From an uncultured Candidatus Saccharimonadales bacterium (lineage in GTDB: Bacteria; Patescibacteriota; Saccharimonadia; UBA4664), in assembly GCA_964609585.1 (NCBI GenBank), contig CAZSRA010000006.1, positions 3,184 to 67,183 of the forward strand: a stretch of 64,000 nt of DNA, read 5' to 3'. Made by a program: the position numbers and the translations under genes. The notes beneath the pieces were generated by a model. It saw only the letters and a program-made list of their open reading frames with translations, made no database searches and was not told where the DNA came from. Below, in pieces: positions 1 through 9,374 of the stretch (positions within the stretch are counted from its first letter, which is position 1; each line of letters opens with the position of its first letter).

Positions 1-1231
1 AAAACCAACGCTGGCGGCCGATAGGTCGAACGAGCTGATTATCGAGATACCCTTGAGCCTCATCGCTGCGCATGGCACCGACAATGCTCGCGGCATAGGA
101 CATGATGAGAAGCATGGCAATCATGTAAGCAACACCGAGGAAGGTGCGAGCGACGGTTTCTTGGGAGGCCTTCACAAGCTGATCGATGAGATGCTGAGCC
201 GCAGCTGAGCCGCTAAAAGCCTGGGAGGCAGTGTTGGTGAGCGCGCCAAAGAAGATCATGAGGGTAGCGAGGGCGGTAAACCAGCTCAAGCTGCTCCCCC
301 GGGTAAACCGGATGGCGGATGTGAATGGGCCGGCGAGGAGCAGATTGTGAGGCTTTGCCGTATCGTGGTCGGCAAAGTAGCTATCACCAAGATCGCGACG
401 GCCAGCGAGGAAAATGGTGCCGGCGACGAGAGCAACCACAAGGCCGACAATGGGCAGAAGCCAGAAGGGCTGAGGATCGTAGAGAGGCTGGAGTTTCTCG
501 ATCCAGCCGAGGGGTGTGATGTTTAGGAGCCAGTGAGCGCTGGTGATGTCGCCGGCCGCCCGAAGCAAATAACTCATGCCAAAAATGGCAGTGGCAAGAC
601 CGGCGGCACGGGCGCGGGTGGGCATGAGCTGGCTGGCAAAGGCACCGACCGCCATGAAAATGACGGCACCAGCAACCGCGGCTAGGGCAAAGAATAGGGC
701 CGGTCCGGCGGCGAAGTTAATGTTGTGCATTTTTCCGATACCAATGAGCGTGACTGCGGCTATGGCGTAGAAAAGCGCAAGACTTAGGCCGAGCCCCGCA
801 AGAGCATTGGAAGCGGCCTGGCTAGCCGTGGTTTGGCCGGTAAGGAGTAGTTCCCAACGACCGGCGGTTTCTTCACCTCGGAAGACTTTGGTGGCGGTGA
901 GGTACGCCCAGATACTGCCGAGCAGAACCCCAATGCAAAGCCCATACCAGACAGCAAAGCCGGAAACGGTTTCGATGTGATGGGGAGCCCCATAGAGTGC
1001 GATGAGGCCAACATTATTGGTGTAGAGCGCAGAAGTAACCAGCCGGTCATGGGCCGTGGGATAGGCATCGGCGTAGCCCACGGTCTTTGAGACCACAAAG
1101 ACACTAAAGGCTAGTGCTACAAAAGTGGCGCTGCGGATAGTGTGACGCGCCACAAAACGGCCGATGACGGTCTTAGGCCAAGCGTATTGTTTGAATTGCC
1201 CTAGCGGGATGGTGGCAGCTTTCGTGCTCAT
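1..1231 (-). CDS. ABC-2 type exporter permease (3' end beyond left edge)
   Basis: Not in the ORF track. Hand translation from ATG 1231 (ATGA overlap with the ATPase stop) gives MSTKAATIPLGQFKQYAW...GLIALYGAPHHI...VFRGEETAGRWELLLTG, hydrophobic with the R-x-E-E-x-x-G-R-x-E-L-L motif of polyketide/tetronasin-type exporter permeases. Confidence 0.85.
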   Translation of the reverse strand, partial: MSTKAATIPLGQFKQYAWPKTVIGRFVARHTIRSATFVALAFSVFVVSKTVGYADAYPTAHDRLVTSALYTNNVGLIALYGAPHHIETVSGFAVWYGLCIGVLLGSIWAYLTATKVFRGEETAGRWELLLTGQTTASQAASNALAGLGLSLALFYAIAAVTLIGIGKMHNINFAAGPALFFALAAVAGAVIFMAVGAFASQLMPTRARAAGLATAIFGMSYLLRAAGDITSAHWLLNITPLGWIEKLQPLYDPQPFWLLPIVGLVVALVAGTIFLAGRRDLGDSYFADHDTAKPHNLLLAGPFTSAIRFTRGSSLSWFTALATLMIFFGALTNTASQAFSGSAAAQHLIDQLVKASQETVARTFLGVAYMIAMLLIMSYAASIVGAMRSDEAQGYLDNQLVRPIGRQRWF

Positions 1232-2136
1232 GGGCGGTTTTTTGGTTTTACGACTTCTTGATCACCATAGAGCGAGAGAAACAGCTCCTCTAAAGAGGGC
1301 TCGCGGCTGAGGAGGGTCTTCGGATGAGCCTCGGCTAGTAAGCTTAGGAGCGGAGCGATGGGTCCCTGGACTTGGCAGCTTAGGGTATGGCCGGCGATCT
1401 TCACGGCCGTGACGCCTTTAAGGTGGTTAATTTTCGGCGGAGCGGTATCAAAGGTGGCCTCGACAGTAAGCGCGGAGAGGTGGCGCATTTGCGCAAGAGT
1501 GCCAAGCTCCACGAGACGTCCGGCCCGCAAAATAGCTACTCGATCGCAGAGAGCTTCAACTTCTTCGAGAATGTGCGACGAGAGGAAGATAGTGTGACCG
1601 GCCGCTTTGGCCTCAAGCACGGTTTGGCGGAAGGCTTGTTCCATGATGGGGTCGAGGCCGCTGGTGGGCTCGTCCATGATGAGTAGTTTGGCGCGCGTCA
1701 TGAAGGCGGCGATGATGTTGATCTTTTGGCGATTGCCCTTGGAGTAGGTACGGACTTTTTTGTTGGGCTCGAAGGCAAAGCGCTTAATGAGTTGGTCGCG
1801 ATAGCCCGGATCGATTTGGCCATGCAGCTTGCCAAGGAGGTGGAGGGTTTCCATACCGGTGAGATTGGGCCAAAGGGCGGCTTCACCCGGAATGTAGGCA
1901 AGGTGTTTGTGAGCCTCCACCTTTTTGGTTTGAGCGTTGGTGCCAAAGATCTCAACCCGACCGCCGGTGGGGTTGATGAGACCAAGAATCAGCCGGATGG
2001 TGGTGGTTTTACCGGCACCATTGGGACCGAGGTAGCCAAGCACTTCGCCAGTTTTGACCTCGAGATCCAGTGGAGCTAGAGCCGTGAAATCCCCATATTG
2101 TTTGGTGAGGCCTTCGATGCGAATGGCGGTGTCCAT
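1228..2136 (-). CDS. ABC transporter ATP-binding subunit (DrrA/CcmA-like)
   Basis: Walker A GPNGAGKTT, signature YSKGN, Walker B LLIMDEPT, H-loop SSHIL. Confidence 0.95.
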   Translation of the reverse strand: MDTAIRIEGLTKQYGDFTALAPLDLEVKTGEVLGYLGPNGAGKTTTIRLILGLINPTGGRVEIFGTNAQTKKVEAHKHLAYIPGEAALWPNLTGMETLHLLGKLHGQIDPGYRDQLIKRFAFEPNKKVRTYSKGNRQKINIIAAFMTRAKLLIMDEPTSGLDPIMEQAFRQTVLEAKAAGHTIFLSSHILEEVEALCDRVAILRAGRLVELGTLAQMRHLSALTVEATFDTAPPKINHLKGVTAVKIAGHTLSCQVQGPIAPLLSLLAEAHPKTLLSREPSLEELFLSLYGDQEVVKPKNRP

Positions 2137-2178
2137 GAACGAGTCCTTTTCGTCTAAAACTGATGTTAGTATACAAGT

Positions 2179-2559
2179 ATGCTAAGACCTTACGCTAAAA
2201 ACGAAGTTGATGCATCTCGGGTAAGACTGGCTGGGCTGATGATCCGGCTAGGGCTGGCGGCGGTTTTTGGATACGCGGCGATCGCAGCTTTTCTGACTCC
2301 CTCAGACTGGGTGGGGTATTTGCCGCATATGGTGACGAGGATTGTCCCGGCACTTCTGGCTTTAAAGGCATTTTCTACTGTCGAGCTGGTGCTGGCGCTA
2401 TGGCTTCTGAGCGGCAGGTTTATGCGCTACGCCGGGATTTTGGCGGCTGCGATTATGGTAGCTATTATGGTTTCGGACATTTATTTGTTTGCGATTACGT
2501 TTCGGGATGTTGCCATTGCTTTTGCAGCAGTGGCTCTCGCGATTTTAGGAGATATTTAA
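2179..2559 (+). CDS. DoxX-family membrane protein
   Basis: Four TM segments, IRLGLA N-terminal motif and C-terminal RDVAI; TGtTAGTAT -10 element 6 nt upstream of ATG. Confidence 0.7.
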   Translation: MLRPYAKNEVDASRVRLAGLMIRLGLAAVFGYAAIAAFLTPSDWVGYLPHMVTRIVPALLALKAFSTVELVLALWLLSGRFMRYAGILAAAIMVAIMVSDIYLFAITFRDVAIAFAAVALAILGDI

Positions 2560-2576
2560 GGTGAGGAGATGTAGGC

Positions 2577-2990
2577 ATGAATAGCAAAATGGTTATGGGA
2601 ATTGTTGGTGCCGTGGTCGTGGTGGGCGGGGTGATTTTTGCCGTAGGTCAGTACAAACCGGGTACACCAGCCGCGAGCCCAACGGCGAGTGTGTCGGTGA
2701 CAGCACCAAGCAACGCAGTTATGGCGGCTACAATTACCTATAATGACAGTGGTTTTACACCTGCAACGACTACGGTGAAGTCGGGTGATGCGGTGAAATT
2801 TACCAATGCCTCATCGTCGGAGATTCAGGTGGACTCAAATCCTCACCCCGTACATACGGATGATACCGACTTGAATGTGGGCGCTATTGAGCCCGGCCAG
2901 AGCAAGACGGTGACGCTCACGAAAAAGGGCAGCTTTGGCTTCCACAACCATTTGGACGCCAGCAACATGGCCAATATAACGATTCAGTAA
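2577..2990 (+). CDS. Membrane-anchored cupredoxin-like protein (Cys-less)
   Basis: N-terminal TM, P/S/T linker, F-x-P-x-x-x-x-V-K-x-G-D-x-V-x-F-x-N, HPVH, PGQS, FGFHNHL; SD GAGGAG upstream. Confidence 0.8.
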   Translation: MNSKMVMGIVGAVVVVGGVIFAVGQYKPGTPAASPTASVSVTAPSNAVMAATITYNDSGFTPATTTVKSGDAVKFTNASSSEIQVDSNPHPVHTDDTDLNVGAIEPGQSKTVTLTKKGSFGFHNHLDASNMANITIQ

Positions 2991-3051
2991 CTTCCAAAAG
3001 TATCCTCCCTAGCAGTAGTTTGTGTATGGATTTTTTTGTAAGATAGCCTAT

Positions 3052-4395
3052 ATGCAAACCTTCATTCAGGGTGCTCGTGCGCTCATGAAAAGAGCCGTCA
3101 CCCGCAAGGGGGCTTTTTGGTTGATAGGCGGATTCTATGTGGCGAGCCTAGTGATGGTGGCCATCTGGTCATATCTTTGGCCGATCTACGATATGGACGG
3201 CAGAGGTCTGCTCGCCGGTGTTAGCTGGGCGGGAATAGCGGCGACCTTGCTATGGCGGCGGCAGACTATTAAAAGAATTTTCTATCTGTTACCAGTGACA
3301 TTGATCGTAGTGGCGCTTTTTTGCTATCCGGACACGTCGCGGGATGCTTTTCGGTATTTATTTGATGGCGAGATGATTCGACTTTGGCATCTTTCGCCGT
3401 ATACAAGCTTGCCGGTGCACTTGCCGGTGGATCAATATTCGGCTGTTTTTCACCACACCTGGTGGATTAAGATTCCTAGCCCTTACGGCCCATTGTGGCA
3501 AGTTTTGATGGTGATTATTAATTTCTTATCGGGTAATCATATAGCGCTGGGTTTGATCTTTTTAAAGCTGATTAATTTAATAGCGCTTTTGGCGAGTGCT
3601 CGATTTATTTATCTGATTACTCGGAAGGAATGGCTGAGCTTTGGTTTTTTGATTAACCCAACGATTTTGATCGATACAGTGCACTCCCCTCACCCAGATA
3701 TTGTGATAGCAGCGGGATTACTAGCTGCTTACTACTATTCAAATGTGGCGGCGCGAGGGGTTATTTTGAGCGCGACTGGGCTGATAAAAATTCATAGTCT
3801 GATTTTGGCACCGTTTTTTGTTCGGAAATGGCGAGACTTTTGGCTGCTGGGCCTGGCCGCTGTGATTGGGCTTGCTGTTATGTTGATAGGTTTGAAGCCT
3901 TGGGTGGGCTTTGACTGGCTTGCGATGCTCAGGGCCAATCAAGGGGGTAGCGTACTCGGCAGCTTTTCGCTTTTGTTCTATAATTTGCTACCTCATATTA
4001 GTCGAAAGGTGGTTTTCTGGCTCTCTTATGGGTTGTTTTTCGCAACATACGGCGTAATTTTGACCGCATACTTGTGTAAACGACTGCCTCAGCTAACAGC
4101 CCTAACGCTCGCGAGTTTTCTCGTTCCCTTAACTCTTACTGGTTTATTGTACCCATGGCATCTCATTATCCCGCTGGCGTTTTTGTTTTTGAGCGAGGCT
4201 TCGTGGGCTGGTGGAGCAGTATTGTACATTGCGCTGGTGGGTTTTTACGCGCCGTTAAACGTTTTGGTGCTTGGGCTAGTGGCTGGGCTTTTTGTCGGGG
4301 GCGGTTATGTCCTGCGGTGGGTTTATCCGCGATTATCCCACCCTCCTCGCCAGATTATTTGGCTGGTGAAAGTTTATCGAAGCCTTTATGCTTAA
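3052..4395 (+). CDS. GT-C fold polyprenyl-phosphate-sugar glycosyltransferase (MptA/MptB/GT87-like)
   Basis: Multi-TM; SRDAFRYLFDG acidic loop, SPYGPLW, HPD, IK, YPWH motifs. Start moved to ATG 3052, which has TAAGAT 7 nt upstream. Confidence 0.7.
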   Translation: MQTFIQGARALMKRAVTRKGAFWLIGGFYVASLVMVAIWSYLWPIYDMDGRGLLAGVSWAGIAATLLWRRQTIKRIFYLLPVTLIVVALFCYPDTSRDAFRYLFDGEMIRLWHLSPYTSLPVHLPVDQYSAVFHHTWWIKIPSPYGPLWQVLMVIINFLSGNHIALGLIFLKLINLIALLASARFIYLITRKEWLSFGFLINPTILIDTVHSPHPDIVIAAGLLAAYYYSNVAARGVILSATGLIKIHSLILAPFFVRKWRDFWLLGLAAVIGLAVMLIGLKPWVGFDWLAMLRANQGGSVLGSFSLLFYNLLPHISRKVVFWLSYGLFFATYGVILTAYLCKRLPQLTALTLASFLVPLTLTGLLYPWHLIIPLAFLFLSEASWAGGAVLYIALVGFYAPLNVLVLGLVAGLFVGGGYVLRWVYPRLSHPPRQIIWLVKVYRSLYA

Positions 4396-4416
4396 AAATA
4401 ACAATGTAGAGGATTT

Positions 4417-6138
4417 ATGGAAGATCTGAACGATGAACACGAACAAGAACCTGAGGAGTTGGAGCCGAAGGTGGATGCGGACGACAAGCCAGAGTCGGAA
4501 CCTGACACGGGGCCTGACAAGGGTGGAAGGCTGGGCCGCGCCTGGAAATGGCTGAGGGCCAAACCGATACGGTGGATACTGGCGGCGGTTGGTAGCTTGA
4601 TTGTGCTTGCAGGGTTGACCATCGGCTTTACGGACCTGAAATATCCAGTACTCGGGATAGTCTGGAAACCGACGGTGGATCTACGAGTGATCGATGCTGA
4701 TTCGTCGCTGCCGGTATCTCATGCTACCGTTACGCTGGCTGGGCAGACTGAGTTTACCGACAAGATGGGTGCGGCGAAATTTGTCCGCGTTCAGCCCGGC
4801 AAGACGACGGTGATAGTGTCGCGGGTGGCATATGCAAACGCCAGTGAGGCGCAGACGATCGGTTTTGGCGACATTACGCTTGGGACGGTCAAGCTAAAGG
4901 CGACGGGTGTACGCGTAGGCTTGCAGGTAACAAATGTCTTGACGGGCAGCGGAGTAGCGGACGTGGAAGTGAAGGCCGGTGATGTACAGGCTATGACTGA
5001 TACGGCCGGTAAGGCCACCTTGGTATTTCCGCCAAGCGCAAATAATACTACTCAGGACATTGAGTATTCTAAGGATGGATTTAATGCGCTCAAGGTTAGT
5101 ACGAAGGTCGTGCTCAATGGCGGGCAGATCGGGGCGTCGGTAGTGCCGGCTGGGAAGGTATACTATTTGTCGAACCGAAGCGGGAAGATTGACCTTTACA
5201 GCAGCAATTTGGATGGTTCGGGAGCTGAAGTAGTGCTAGCTGGGACGGGCAGCGAGGACTCCGACACGGGCATTCTCACGAGCGCAAAGAATCCGGCCTA
5301 TTTGGCGCTGGTGTCAAGCAGGGAGGGCAAGCGAGATGCCTATGGTAACCCATACCATGCTTTGTTTATTTTTAATACGCTTTCGCAGAAGCTGACGAAG
5401 ATTGAAGATGCATACGCGTTTGGAAACTACCGAGCTTGGGTGGCTGATAGTTTGGTATACGAGAAATATCCGCAAACGGGAGGAGGCTGCCCAGATCTTA
5501 AGGCGTACGCGCCGGTTGCGCAAAAGAGCACTACCTTGATATCTGCTGCGACGACGAATAGCTGCCCGAAATTGCTTGCGCCTTATGACGATGGGTTCTT
5601 TTACTCGATTAGCGCCGGAACGACCGAGCAGGATGGGGTTTATTTTGGGCAATTGGGCGGAAAGGCGGCAAAACGAGTAGCCGAAACGCCGGCGGCTTCG
5701 ATTGTGCGCCAGACAAAGCACACGTTGCTATCGGAATACTATTCGTACAATCCAAACTACACGGCTTCCTGGCAGAGTATAGATTTGGAGGCGTTGACTT
5801 CGGCTAAGGTCGCGAATGGACCGACCAATACAAGCTCGCGGACTTACAACGATTCGGTGGGCGATAAATATTCGAGCTTTATTGAAGAGCGGGATGGTAA
5901 AACGGAGTTGTATCTCACCGACAGCGATGGTGGATCCGAGCGGAAATTAACATCGCTAGGATCGGTAAATCAATTTGTGACGTGGGTGGGCGACGATTAC
6001 ATTGTGTTTAGCGTAACGAAGAGCGACGAGAGTGCACTCTATGTGGTTGCGGTAGCGAACAGCAAAGTAACCAAACTGGCTGACTTTTACCGAGCCAATA
6101 GCCGCACTTACGGTGGCGGGTCTAGTCCCGGATACTAG
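4417..6138 (+). CDS. Membrane-anchored protein with carboxypeptidase-regulatory-like (Ig) domains and TolB-like beta-propeller
   Basis: Acidic N-terminus, single TM, two TD-x-x-G beta-sandwich repeats, YYLSNRSGKIDLY...DGS and RDGKTELY...DG propeller motifs. Confidence 0.65.
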   Translation: MEDLNDEHEQEPEELEPKVDADDKPESEPDTGPDKGGRLGRAWKWLRAKPIRWILAAVGSLIVLAGLTIGFTDLKYPVLGIVWKPTVDLRVIDADSSLPVSHATVTLAGQTEFTDKMGAAKFVRVQPGKTTVIVSRVAYANASEAQTIGFGDITLGTVKLKATGVRVGLQVTNVLTGSGVADVEVKAGDVQAMTDTAGKATLVFPPSANNTTQDIEYSKDGFNALKVSTKVVLNGGQIGASVVPAGKVYYLSNRSGKIDLYSSNLDGSGAEVVLAGTGSEDSDTGILTSAKNPAYLALVSSREGKRDAYGNPYHALFIFNTLSQKLTKIEDAYAFGNYRAWVADSLVYEKYPQTGGGCPDLKAYAPVAQKSTTLISAATTNSCPKLLAPYDDGFFYSISAGTTEQDGVYFGQLGGKAAKRVAETPAASIVRQTKHTLLSEYYSYNPNYTASWQSIDLEALTSAKVANGPTNTSSRTYNDSVGDKYSSFIEERDGKTELYLTDSDGGSERKLTSLGSVNQFVTWVGDDYIVFSVTKSDESALYVVAVANSKVTKLADFYRANSRTYGGGSSPGY

Positions 6139-6139
6139 G

Positions 6140-6997
6140 CTAGAGCGTGTGGAGAATTTGGAGGGCGGCCTTGGCCTGTTCGGCAGCTGTCGCCACTTCC
6201 CCACCGACCTTGTTGATCTGAGCAGCAATGCTTGAAAGCATTTTGTAGGCAGCAAAGATTTTGATGCTCTGAGGGTCTGAAGCTTTGAGGAGGGCTGCGA
6301 ACACTTGATCGCGCGATGTAGGCTGATCCATGAGTGAGTACCAGAGACTTACAAGGTCCATGGCGTGGTCGCCGTAGCCAACTTGATCCCAGTTGAGCAC
6401 GCCCGTAATAGCGTCGCCTTCGGCCAGCGCTTGGGCGAGGCCCAGGTCGCCGTGAACCAGGTCGGTATTGCCAAGAGCTTTGCCGTCGAGGCCGAGCACG
6501 AGGCCCTCGATTTGGGCAGCGAGTGCGGAGGTTTGCGTGGAGAATTGCATGAGATAGCGCACAAAGCCGGAATCGCCGCGGAATACGATACCCATGGCAT
6601 ACCAGGACCAGTCCTGACCTTGAACGGCGCTAATGGTTTGGCCCTTTTGCAGCTCGATGAGACCAAGGAGATGTTCGATTTGGGCAGGTGTCGGCGACTT
6701 GATGGGTTGGCCGGTAAGTTCATTTTCCAACCAAAATGTCCCGGCGCTGGTGGCGTCAACGTAAAGATACGATGGTACGGGATAACCAAGAGGGCGGAGG
6801 TGGTCCGTGGCAGCTTTGGCACGCTCAACTTGAGTCCGCCACATCGGGTTGGCACTATACTTTAGGACGGCGGACGCGCCATCGCCGTTTACCACCCGAT
6901 AGGCAGTATGATTTTCGCTGCTGGAGATTTCGCCTGAGAGCGTGTATGTGGCGGCCTTCGCGGCATTTATGTAATCGAGGGCTACTTCTGGAGTCAT
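6140..6997 (-). CDS. APH/choline-kinase-like phosphotransferase (degenerate catalytic motifs)
   Basis: VLK, GYPVP, LVHGDL, GVLNWD, MDL motifs. True start likely ATG 6997 (TATACT 6 nt upstream); the ORF-track extension overlaps the divergent gene. Confidence 0.75.
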   Translation of the reverse strand: MTPEVALDYINAAKAATYTLSGEISSSENHTAYRVVNGDGASAVLKYSANPMWRTQVERAKAATDHLRPLGYPVPSYLYVDATSAGTFWLENELTGQPIKSPTPAQIEHLLGLIELQKGQTISAVQGQDWSWYAMGIVFRGDSGFVRYLMQFSTQTSALAAQIEGLVLGLDGKALGNTDLVHGDLGLAQALAEGDAITGVLNWDQVGYGDHAMDLVSLWYSLMDQPTSRDQVFAALLKASDPQSIKIFAAYKMLSSIAAQINKVGGEVATAAEQAKAALQILHTL

Positions 6998-7087
6998 GGA
7001 TTTAGTATAGGCTGGGCCGGGATTTTTTGCATCTTGAAATGCGGCGATGGTTGCGAAGATTGGGCTGAGGCTGTAGAGTTTCGAGTA

Positions 7088-7594
7088 ATGGCAGACTGGG
7101 TAAACGAAAAACACATGAAATTGGCATTGGACTTGGCCGTGGCGTCGAAGGCGCGCGGTGAGTTTCCGTTTGGTGCGGTGATCGTTCAGGACGGCATGGT
7201 GGTGGCAGCGGCTGAGAATGGCGAGCGGCGGAAGGTGGATGTGACGGCTCATGCCGAGCTCATGGCGCTGAGTGAGGCGTCGTGGAAATTGGCGAGGCGT
7301 GATTTGAGCGATTGCATTATTTACTCATCGGCCGAGCCGTGTCCAATGTGCTCGGCGGCGATTTTTCAGTCGAATATTCCGCGGGTGGCGTTTGGTCTTT
7401 ACCGTGACGACTTGCCACATTTGTTTCGACGGCGCAAAATTCGGATTGCCCAACTAGCTGAAGACTGGGATTACCGGCCGGAAGTTGTGGGTGGGATACT
7501 GCGCGAGGAGGCTATTAAGGCTTTTGAAGGCATTGAGAAGCCGTGGCGCGTTACCGGCGAACACCACGGTGCCGAGCATACTAAGGGTAAGTAA
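7088..7594 (+). CDS. Zn-dependent nucleoside/nucleobase deaminase (TadA/guanine deaminase-like)
   Basis: PFGAVIV, HAE and EPCPMC zinc motifs. Confidence 0.9.
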   Translation: MADWVNEKHMKLALDLAVASKARGEFPFGAVIVQDGMVVAAAENGERRKVDVTAHAELMALSEASWKLARRDLSDCIIYSSAEPCPMCSAAIFQSNIPRVAFGLYRDDLPHLFRRRKIRIAQLAEDWDYRPEVVGGILREEAIKAFEGIEKPWRVTGEHHGAEHTKGK

Positions 7595-7609
7595 GTTTAA
7601 ACAACGACG

Positions 7610-8614
7610 ATGATCTACATTATAGTTTTTGCCCTCCTTGGGATGTCAGCACTGTTTTCGGGACTGACACTGGGTTTAATGAGCCTGGGGCCACATGAGC
7701 TTAAGCGCAAAGTGGCGCTGGGAGATGTTCGCGCCAAACGGATTTATGCGGTGCGCGAGCGTGGCAACTTGCTGCTGGTGACCCTTTTGGTGGGCAATGT
7801 GGCGGCAATTTCGACGATGTCGTTGTTTTTGGAGTCGATTACTTCTGGCCTGGTGGCGGGCGTTTTGACAACTTTTTTGATAACGATTTTTGGCGAGATT
7901 TTGCCGCAGGCGGTGTTTTCGCGCTATGCGATGGCGCTGGGAGCGAGAACGGCGTGGCTGGTACGCATTATTTTGTTTATTTTCTATCCGGTGGCGGCAC
8001 CGCTGGCCTGGCTTTTGGATAAGATTTTGGGAGAAGAGCTGCCCACGATGTACTCGCGCAAGGAGTTGATGGGAATTTTGGAGGAGCACGGCGGCAGTAC
8101 CTTGAAGAAGGACGAGGAGCGGATTGCACGGGGGGCGCTAACGTTTGGCGACAAGATGATCCGCGACATTATGACGCCGCGGTCGATGGTGAAGGGCATT
8201 GAGCAAGATCAGGTGCTGGACGCGAAGACGATTGAAGATTTGCGACTTTCCGGCTATTCGCGGTTTCCGGTTTATGATGAGTCGTTTGACCAGGTGACGG
8301 GCATATTGTATTCGCAGCAGCTGATTGATCCGGCGATTCGGGGGAAGACGGTGATGAAGGTGGCGAGTAAGAATGTGTTTTTTGTGAACGAAGATGCGCG
8401 ACTGGATCATGCCTTGAACGCCTTCATTAAGACAAAAAACCATTTGTTTATGGTGGTGAATCAGTTTTCGGAATTTGTGGGGGTAATTGCGATCGAGGAT
8501 GTGATCGAAGAGATTTTGGGCGTGGAGATTGTAGACGAATTCGATAAATATACGAACGTGCGAGCAGTGGCTGAAAAGATCGCAGCTCCGGCGGCACGCA
8601 AAAATCCACTGTAA
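7610..8614 (+). CDS. CNNM/CorB (DUF21 + CBS pair) Mg2+/Co2+ transport protein
   Basis: SALFSGLTLGL, LLVTLLVGN, FGEILPQA, IMTPR, GYSRFPVY, IEDVIEEILG. Confidence 0.92.
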   Translation: MIYIIVFALLGMSALFSGLTLGLMSLGPHELKRKVALGDVRAKRIYAVRERGNLLLVTLLVGNVAAISTMSLFLESITSGLVAGVLTTFLITIFGEILPQAVFSRYAMALGARTAWLVRIILFIFYPVAAPLAWLLDKILGEELPTMYSRKELMGILEEHGGSTLKKDEERIARGALTFGDKMIRDIMTPRSMVKGIEQDQVLDAKTIEDLRLSGYSRFPVYDESFDQVTGILYSQQLIDPAIRGKTVMKVASKNVFFVNEDARLDHALNAFIKTKNHLFMVVNQFSEFVGVIAIEDVIEEILGVEIVDEFDKYTNVRAVAEKIAAPAARKNPL

Positions 8615-8659
8615 AAAGGCTTACGGTAGCACCGGGGTGACGCCTGTTATACACTCCTA

Positions 8660-9331
8660 GTGATGCCAAAACGCCGATCTATTCAGCAGATTCCAGCTTT
8701 GGACCGCCCACGCGAGAAATTGCAGCGCAAGGGAGCGGCGGCGCTGTCCGACTTTGAGCTCCTTGAGGTAATGATTGGGACGGGGACGGCAGGCGCGGAC
8801 GTAAGCCAGATTGCCCGACAAGTACAGAAGCTTTTGCGCAAAGGGGCGGCGGCGGTTACTTACGACGGCCTGACGAGTTTGCACGGCGTAAGTACGGCAG
8901 GGGCGGGTAGAATTATGGCGGCTTTAGAGCTGGCTAAGCGCCATTTGGTGAAAGATGTGGAGCCGCTGCGGACAATGAGTGAGATTGTGGCACACTTGGA
9001 TGATATCCGGTCGAAGCAGCAGGAATATTTGATAGCTTTGTCGCTGGATGGCGGGCAACGATTGATTGCGCAGCGGATTATTACTATTGGGACGCTCGAT
9101 TCGGTGCTAGCGCATCCGCGTGAGGTGTTTGCGGAGGCCTTGATGGACCGAGCGGCGAGCGTAATTGTGGCACATAACCACCCCTCTGGCAGTTCGCAGC
9201 CGAGCCAAAATGATATCGCCCTCACTCAGCAGTTGGCGGCAGCGGGACAGCTGCTAGGCGTAATGCTACGTGATCATTTGATTTTGACGAAAACGGACTA
9301 TTTTAGTTTTCGGCAGCACCATTTACTATAG
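8660..9331 (+). CDS. radC: RadC family JAB-domain protein
   Basis: RPREKL...LSDFELL, HhH region, HPREVF, AHNHPSG..PS..D, DHLI. Confidence 0.95.
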   Translation: MMPKRRSIQQIPALDRPREKLQRKGAAALSDFELLEVMIGTGTAGADVSQIARQVQKLLRKGAAAVTYDGLTSLHGVSTAGAGRIMAALELAKRHLVKDVEPLRTMSEIVAHLDDIRSKQQEYLIALSLDGGQRLIAQRIITIGTLDSVLAHPREVFAEALMDRAASVIVAHNHPSGSSQPSQNDIALTQQLAAAGQLLGVMLRDHLILTKTDYFSFRQHHLL

Positions 9332-9374
9332 ATTAAGATAGTTTTGGTTTGACTTACGAGGGAAGGTTGAAACG

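Noticed and set aside
784-1104. 106-aa minus-strand ORF in the track
   Set aside because: Out-of-frame within the real permease that starts at 1231 and runs off the window.
6998-7252. N-terminal extension of the APH ORF overlapping the deaminase
   Set aside because: Antisense of the deaminase; a -10 element sits 6 nt before ATG 6997, so no true overlap.
8660-9331. radC as marker of a mobile element
   Set aside because: Full-length chromosomal type with N-terminal HhH region; no integrase, transposase or att-like repeats nearby.
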